Below the pieces are notes generated by a model. The model saw only the letters and a program-made list of their open reading frames with translations. It searched no databases and had not been told where the DNA came from. Positions 51,601 to 56,880 of a DNA stretch of 64,000 nucleotides are shown here, piece by piece; position 1 is the first letter of the stretch, and each line of letters begins with the position of its first letter. Origin of the DNA: an uncultured Pirellula sp. (GTDB lineage Bacteria; Planctomycetota; Planctomycetia; Pirellulales; PNKZ01); contig CAZWDN010000002.1 in the NCBI GenBank assembly GCA_964633125.1, forward strand, positions 2,104 to 66,103, written 5' to 3'. The position numbers were made by a program, and so were the translations under genes.

Positions 51601-52017
51601 TTCCTCGGAACGCTTCCGGCCGATTCGACGCTCGCAGACGGCACTTCCGACGTTCTCACCGGTCGGGATGCCAACCCCCAACAGGTCGACGGCATTTTCG
51701 GCACGCTGATCGCGATGCGCGCCGCGATTTCCGCCAACGATACGGCGGCCTTGCAAAAGGCCGTCGCATCCCTAGATGCTAATTCCACCACCTTGAGCTT
51801 TGCCCGCGCCGAGCTCGGCACTCGCCTGCAGGGGCTCGATGTGCTCCAGGATCGAATGAGCTCCGAGACGATCTCGTTGAAGGGATCGCTGTCCGGTGAA
51901 ATTGACGTGGACTTTGTTTCCGCAGTTTCCGAGATGTCGACGCGTCAGGCGTCATTCGACGCGGCGCTGAAAGTCTCGTCGTTGATCGCAAAAACGACGT
52001 TGCTCGACTATCTCTAG
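48685..52017 (+). CDS. flgL: Flagellar hook-associated protein 3 FlgL, giant form (1110 aa)
   Basis: The N-terminus is collinear with FlgL (LSSGRRVLSPSDDAPAASRAMAL; RDRYLFAGSKT). A flagellin-type C-terminal helix is present (RAELGTRLQGLDVLQDRMSSETISL...). It sits after flgK. About 850 aa of repeat-containing insert lie between the conserved termini. Confidence 0.8.
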   Translation: MAINSVPTTRLSSPFVTQQILSQMSTNQANLFRVQSQLSSGRRVLSPSDDAPAASRAMALQSLLERKGIIQESYATNQTYLNSSEAAIGSVATMLADARATAISMVGDNVSPSERSAAVASIDLAIQQLLDTSNQKFRDRYLFAGSKTLSSPYVKTQDGVVFQGNEGELVAFSDIDRLFQSNVSGSQVFGGFSQPSGIATDLNPVLTWDTRLSDLRGGEGIRTGSISVSDGTNARTISIAGAATIGDIARLLEANPPGNRVVTARVTSRGLEVSLDGGNLLIGEVAGGTTAAELGIKRTIPAGPGPVVGEDLNPQLKLTTNLTDVFGGRSRTYVNADGSRNDLIIEAVNSGAQYNDVQIKYVDDDWFQSTPGLTQGNETAQYLTTAAAAVSFLKFPGRPGLDNAIQLTANTPGAAYNNVTTSLNVRAVDGLGPQVTFNATTNLYSISVETGTTVGSLLTSINGGAGAFSASLTPTGNGAYVLTAADNNVAAGNTYLTGSDAGTLVVHIDPTHSTANDVIAAIAAEGTFSASLDPSEEQNDGNGTVKDSFIDALAVGTTYGGAGENLDLASGLQIVNGSKTVTIDFTGAKTVEDMLNVINGAGANVLASLNAAGTGIEIRSRLSGATFSVGENGGRLATQLGIRTTTENTVLTSLNGGQGVRLSTTSDDFSVTSRNGTTYNVNLSQGNAASVRVAGAGADSGLLISRVDRGIAGNQFSVQIVDSGLGGGDSVALVGNTLRFTVDVAAGFTAQEARQLLANDVTLAGQFNAVLDKSIDTTNAGTGNLAATGVLSFTNGAGPAQTIGDVLALINNNPANLAGDSPVTARLVQTGNGIELINDGPPSSGSLSITRIGTSSAAEDLGLVNSADSASGVVVVGNTAKSTLTLAGADNDLVISARGSGATLNGVTIHFADDGVPGNNSVAYNTTTRTLTFDVDPATTTAQDIVDLLAGDPRFVASLASSDGGAANSGAGFLGTLPADSTLADGTSDVLTGRDANPQQVDGIFGTLIAMRAAISANDTAALQKAVASLDANSTTLSFARAELGTRLQGLDVLQDRMSSETISLKGSLSGEIDVDFVSAVSEMSTRQASFDAALKVSSLIAKTTLLDYL

Positions 52018-52230
52018 TCGTAATCAATCTCCGCGCATGTTGCGCGGCAAGTTCTACGGCCTGGGGAATGCATGACGAACGCGCGGTGTGGGAAAGGGAT
52101 TCCTCGCGTTCTAGCAGCTGCGGCAGTTGCAACGGTATTACTATCGAGGCGCGGCCAAGTCGGCCGAAACTAAGTTTGTAGAGACGTCGGCTCCGACGGC
52201 TTGTCGGTCACGCTCAAAAGGGTGCGCACC

Positions 52231-52671
52231 ATGCAGATTCGCACGACGCGATTCGGAACGCTCACGGTGGAAACAGACGACTTGCTGTTGTTTCCCGCCG
52301 GTTTACTCGGGCTCGAAGACTGCCGCCAATGGGTCTTTTTGACGGATGAGGCGAACGATGCGTTGGGGTGGCTGCAAAGCACCGCTCGGCCGGAACTGGC
52401 GTTTGCGGTCGTCAGTCCGCGACGCTTTGTGCCTGACTATCGCTTTCGCACTTTTCGCGAAGAGTTGGCGCCGTTGGAGCTGAATGGACTGGAAGATGCG
52501 CAGGTGCTCGTCACCGTGGCTCGCCACGACGGCGCCTTGACGCTCAACCTTCGCGCTCCAATCCTGATTAACGCCGTCACGCGAATGGGGCGTCAGATCG
52601 CCACGAACGACGATCAGCCGCTGCAATTTGTAATCCCGTCAACGCCCGCGCGATTGAAGAAGATCGCATAA
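52231..52671 (+). CDS. fliW: Flagellar assembly factor FliW
   Basis: MQIRTTRFGTLTVETDDLLLFPAGLLGLEDCRQWVFL ... LNLRAPILIN is typical of FliW. It lies directly upstream of csrA. Confidence 0.9.
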   Translation: MQIRTTRFGTLTVETDDLLLFPAGLLGLEDCRQWVFLTDEANDALGWLQSTARPELAFAVVSPRRFVPDYRFRTFREELAPLELNGLEDAQVLVTVARHDGALTLNLRAPILINAVTRMGRQIATNDDQPLQFVIPSTPARLKKIA

Positions 52672-52811
52672 CCGCGCTTTGGTTCGGCAGGTTGAATTCT
52701 CGTTGAGGAAACTGCCGAACACGACTTGTGCCACGCTTGCGTCGCCGGCAAAGTCTGCCGCGAGGGGATCGCGGGGCGTTCACTGGTTCGCAGCTTTGGA
52801 AGGAGCCGACG

Positions 52812-53039
52812 ATGCTTGTATTGTCGAGGCAACGCGACGAAAGCATCATTATCGGTGATAACATTGTTATCACCATCGTCGATATTCGCGGAGATAAGGT
52901 ACGTCTCGGCATCAACGCCCCGACGGAAATCCCCGTGCATCGGCAAGAGGTGTACGAAGCCATCCAACGCGAAAACCTGCGCGCCGGGCGTCTCGAGCCG
53001 AAGGATGCTCGTAACGTGGGCCGCGGCGAAGTGAAATAG
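52812..53039 (+). CDS. csrA: Carbon storage regulator CsrA (long, FliW-partnered type)
   Basis: [51 protein letters not shown]. It is 75 aa with a C-terminal extension, and GGAAGGAG lies upstream of the ATG. Confidence 0.95.
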   Translation: MLVLSRQRDESIIIGDNIVITIVDIRGDKVRLGINAPTEIPVHRQEVYEAIQRENLRAGRLEPKDARNVGRGEVK

Positions 53040-53097
53040 CGCCAATTCGAGCGCTTCGGCACATTCCGTCGAGCCGGCGGATCGTCCCGGCCGCCGT

Positions 53098-53120
53098 GCG
53101 ACACATATATATTGTGTCGC
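53098..53120. other. 23-nt AT-centred palindrome downstream of csrA
   Basis: GCGACACA-TATATAT-TGTGTCGC has perfect 8-bp arms. It stands out against the GC-rich background and has no downstream T-run. Confidence 0.5.
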
Positions 53121-53602
53121 CGCGGCAATTCGGTAGCGGTGAGTCTGATGCCGGCCGTTCCCGTCACATCGCCGTCGCTCTGTTCCCCCGCGGCTCGCAA
53201 GTTTCCCCGTGCGGCTACCCGCAACATTCCGTCGGCGCCGGTCTTTGCGCGCTTGGGGATCTCCGAAGTTGCGAAGTGCGTAGCTTCGCTTCCGCTCCGT
53301 TAGTCTGTCGTTTATTCCGGCTATGACGGATGGGCGACAAGGCGAAGAAAAAGAAAATTACGAGCGATTAAATAACGACCTATGGTATCAGTGACGTGCA
53401 AGTCCCGAGTTAGGTAATCGCCGCAAATTGCGGCAACCGCGCCGAAAGACGTGCTACGTTTGACGAGATTGATTCCGTAAGGTTTGCGGCTTTGAGAGGT
53501 CGAGGCCGCGAGACGAATAGCAAGCCGGTCCGGGGAGTCCTCCCTGCATCCAGACGGGCTTGGCAGCATAACCGAGTCCTATTTTTTTGAGGGGTGAGTT
53601 AG

Positions 53603-56600
53603 ATGACCCGTATTAACACGAATTTGAGTTCGCTCACCGCTCAACACAGCTTGAAGCGGTCGAACTCCTCTTTGGAAACGTCGCTGACGCGGCTTTCGAC
53701 CGGCTTGCGCATCAACACGGGTAAGGATGACCCGGCCGGTTTGATCGCGAGCGAACAGCTCCGATCGGAAATCGTTTCCATCGGCCAATCGATCAAGAAC
53801 AGCGAACGGGCCGGCAATATTATTGCCACGGCCGACGCCGCCCTCGGCGAAGTAAGCTCGCTGCTTAACGACGTTCGCAGCTTGGTTCAATCGTCGGCCA
53901 ATAAGGGAGCCGTCTCGGCTTCGGAAATCGCCGCTAACCAAGTTCAAGTCGACAACGCGCTCGACGCCATCACGCGTATCGCTCAAACCACGGTCTTCGC
54001 CGGGCAGAAACTGCTCAACGGCTCGAAGAGCTTCTCGGTTAGCGGTACGCTGGGCTCGTTCAACAGCCCGACCGACATCACGATCAATTCGTTTGATCCG
54101 TCGCTGCACACGGCCAGCGCCAATAACGACGTCAGCCTCAGCGTGACGCAAGAAGCCACGAAGAAGAGCGTCAGCTTCAAGGGCACCGACTTCAACACGA
54201 GCACGTCGAACAGCTTGCTCGACCTTTCGGTCGGCACCTCGACACGCACCAACTCGACCCTCATCACCAACGACTTCAGCGTCGCCAATGCAACGAGCAG
54301 CTTGGGTTCGCTTTCGACCGGGTCGACGCGTTATACCCGCGTGATCGAAGGTGGCGCGACGGGCTTGGCCGATTTGGCCGGTGCGGGCTCGGAAACCATC
54401 ACGCTCGACGTCACCGGCAACCTCGGCACGGAATCGATCACTGTGAACGTCGCCGCGTTCAAGGCCGATACGCAGGTGCTCACCGACGCGATCAATGCGA
54501 CGTCGGCGACGACCGGCGTGTTCGCTTCGGGTTCGGGTGCCGGCGGTGACCTGACCTTGACGTCGACTCTCGTCGGTACGTCGGGTACTACGGCCACGCT
54601 TAACGCCACCGCGGGTCAAGGTGCTCAAGAAACGGTTCGTACTCTAGATCCGGGCGCCGGTTCGAGCTATAGCTCGTTGGCTGCCGCCGGTGCCGGTCAC
54701 GTCATTACGTTTGACCTGACGGGCGCCTTGGGTACCGCGACGGGTCTTTCCGTCAACTTGCAAGCTTTGAAGGCCGACAGCGATGCTTTGGTCGACGTCA
54801 TTAACGCCGCCTCGGGTACCACGGGCATCACCGCCACGGGTAGCGGCGTCGACGGCACGATCACCTTGACCAACTCCACCGGAGGCACCGGCGCGATTAC
54901 CTTCGCGAACGTTGCGGGCGGCGGCGGTGCGGTCGCCGGCGACGTCACGTTGTTCAATGCAGCCATCACTGCAGGAACGCAAACCCTGGGCGATACCGAC
55001 GTCACCGAGTTCAACGCTGCGATTACCGGCTCGGCAGTCACCGCCGCGACCAACGGCGCCCTCGGCACGAAGACGACCGTGTTCACGATCACCGGTAACA
55101 AGGGCTCGGCCGATATCTCGACCGCCGCTCTCGCCGCCGGCGGCCTCACCGGTAACGACGTGATCATCAACAACGACTTCAGCACCAACACGGGCATCAC
55201 GGCTTTCGCCGCCTTGATCAACTCGCGTACCGACACCACCGGCGTCGTCGCGAGCATCAACGGCTCGGGCAACTTGGTGCTCACGTCGCAAGGCGTCGGC
55301 AGCACGTCGCTGGCCAACATCACGGTCGGCACCGCGGGTGCGGATCAAACGTTGATCAACTCGGCTTCGACGAAGACCACGACGACGGGAACCGACGGTA
55401 CGTCGAACACGACGACTCTCGAACTCATCGGCGATCTCGGACGCTCGGTGATCACCATCAACAACGATGCCGTCATCAACGACAGCACCGTCCTGCGGAA
55501 CGCGATCAACGCCGTCACGTCGCAAACCGGCATCACCGCCACCGGCGGCGGATTCGGAACCGACGTCAGCCTGAGTGCTTCGAAGTACGGGGCCGCGGGC
55601 GTCGTCACCGTCAACGCTCTCGCCGCTTCCAACTCCGCCGACATCACGCTGCTGAATGCGGCCGGCACGCGGGTTTCGGTCGACGGCCAGAATGCCACGG
55701 GAACGATTAGCCACGGCAACGGCAGCGGCAACTTCACGGCCGCCGGCGAACGACTGGCCTACACCGACTCGTCGATCAGCCTCGAAGCCACGATTGATCC
55801 CACGCTCACGCCGAGCGTTCGGGCGTCGCGGACCATTCAGGATACGACGGCCGGAGCGGGCGGTTTGGACAGCCTCACCGGCGCCGGAACCGATACCATC
55901 AGCTTCACGCTGACCGGCGTCGTCAACGGTGCTCAAGTTTCGACCTCGATCAGCAACGTCAACGTTGCCGCTCTCAAGTCGGACAGCCGCTACCTCGCCG
56001 ACCTCATCAACGCCACGAGCTCCAGCTCCGGCGTGCGAGCCTCGACGACGGGCGCCTCGGGCAACATCGTGCTGGAATCGACGACGAACGGTTCGGCCGG
56101 TCAAGTGGCGATTACCGCCACCGCCGCGACGCAAGCCGGCGACGTGGCGATCTTCAACAACGCCGACACGTTCACGAGCATCGTCGCGGGAGCCAACCCC
56201 GCCGTGTCGAACAACTTCGACGTCACCGGCGGCGCCTTGTTCCAAATCGGCCCCTCGGTGAACTACGCGAACCAGGTCAACATCAACATCACCTCGCTCG
56301 ACTTGTCGACGCTGGGTCGTGACTACACGACGACGGGAAACAAGGGCCTCTCCGCCTTGAAGACCGGCGGCAGCGACTCGCTCGACAAGGCCGACCTCAC
56401 CGATGCGGCGGCCATCATCGAGCAAGCGATCAGCCAGGTCGCTACCCTTCGCGGTAAGTTGGGCGCCATCCAGAAGAACGCCATCGAAAGCAATATCCGC
56501 AGCTTGCAAACGTCGCTCGAACAAGTGACGGCCGCGGAAAGCAGCATTCGTGACGCCGACTTCGCGGTGGAAACGGCCAACCTCACCCGCTCGCAGATTC

Positions 56601-56677
56601 TCGTGCAAGCCGGTACCAACGTCTTGGCCTTGGCCAACCAAGCTCCGCAGAACGTTCTGTCGCTGCTCGGTCGGTAA
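53603..56677 (+). CDS. fliC: Flagellin, giant form (1024 aa) with repeat-built central region
   Basis: The N-terminus reads MTRINTNLSSLTAQHSLKRSNSSLETSLTRLSTGLRINTGKDDPAGLIASEQL. The C-terminus reads LRGKLGAIQKNAIESNIRSLQTSLEQVTAAESSIRDADFAVETANLTRSQILVQAGTNVLALANQAPQNVLSLL. GAGGGG lies 8 nt upstream of the ATG, and a strong terminator follows the gene. Confidence 0.92.
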   Translation: MTRINTNLSSLTAQHSLKRSNSSLETSLTRLSTGLRINTGKDDPAGLIASEQLRSEIVSIGQSIKNSERAGNIIATADAALGEVSSLLNDVRSLVQSSANKGAVSASEIAANQVQVDNALDAITRIAQTTVFAGQKLLNGSKSFSVSGTLGSFNSPTDITINSFDPSLHTASANNDVSLSVTQEATKKSVSFKGTDFNTSTSNSLLDLSVGTSTRTNSTLITNDFSVANATSSLGSLSTGSTRYTRVIEGGATGLADLAGAGSETITLDVTGNLGTESITVNVAAFKADTQVLTDAINATSATTGVFASGSGAGGDLTLTSTLVGTSGTTATLNATAGQGAQETVRTLDPGAGSSYSSLAAAGAGHVITFDLTGALGTATGLSVNLQALKADSDALVDVINAASGTTGITATGSGVDGTITLTNSTGGTGAITFANVAGGGGAVAGDVTLFNAAITAGTQTLGDTDVTEFNAAITGSAVTAATNGALGTKTTVFTITGNKGSADISTAALAAGGLTGNDVIINNDFSTNTGITAFAALINSRTDTTGVVASINGSGNLVLTSQGVGSTSLANITVGTAGADQTLINSASTKTTTTGTDGTSNTTTLELIGDLGRSVITINNDAVINDSTVLRNAINAVTSQTGITATGGGFGTDVSLSASKYGAAGVVTVNALAASNSADITLLNAAGTRVSVDGQNATGTISHGNGSGNFTAAGERLAYTDSSISLEATIDPTLTPSVRASRTIQDTTAGAGGLDSLTGAGTDTISFTLTGVVNGAQVSTSISNVNVAALKSDSRYLADLINATSSSSGVRASTTGASGNIVLESTTNGSAGQVAITATAATQAGDVAIFNNADTFTSIVAGANPAVSNNFDVTGGALFQIGPSVNYANQVNINITSLDLSTLGRDYTTTGNKGLSALKTGGSDSLDKADLTDAAAIIEQAISQVATLRGKLGAIQKNAIESNIRSLQTSLEQVTAAESSIRDADFAVETANLTRSQILVQAGTNVLALANQAPQNVLSLLGR

Positions 56678-56708
56678 GCCTCGCAGGTTTGAATTCGTAT
56701 CTAACCAC

Positions 56709-56746
56709 GGTAGGCGAGGTACTCCACCTCGCCTACCGTTTTTTTA
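56709..56746 (+). terminator. Rho-independent terminator of fliC
   Basis: A perfect 12-bp stem (GGTAGGCGAGGT-ACTCC-ACCTCGCCTACC) is followed by G + T7 + A. Confidence 0.85.
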
Positions 56747-56766
56747 TCCCCCAGGCGACTCGGGAC

Positions 56767-56774
56767 GCCGATAA
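56767..56774 (+). promoter_or_regulatory. Exact sigma-28-type -10 box (GCCGATAA) upstream of fliD; no canonical -35
   Basis: An 8/8 match to the FliA -10 consensus sits between the fliC terminator and the fliD ATG, 107 nt upstream of the ATG. No TAAA lies at the canonical spacing. An isolated 8-mer match is expected about once or twice by chance in a window of this size. Confidence 0.2.
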
Positions 56775-56880
56775 CGGATAAGGAGACTTTGCCGTTCGGC
56801 TTGCCGGCCGGCAGTGCTTGCAGGCTTTCGGTCTGCGGGCGTTCGCTCTGTTCGTACTACGTGTTCGCGGAACCTTGCAT

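Noticed and set aside
53321-53569. 82-aa minus-strand ORF inside the csrA-fliC gap as a small regulatory protein.
   Set aside because: It has no SD and no family resemblance, its composition is atypical, and it spans the AT-rich island. It is most likely a chance ORF, though expression data could revisit this.
53040-53602. CsrB/RsmZ-like CsrA-sequestering sRNA in the csrA-fliC gap.
   Set aside because: There are only about three GGA triplets in 563 nt and none lies in a repeated hairpin-loop context. Sponge RNAs carry many such motifs.
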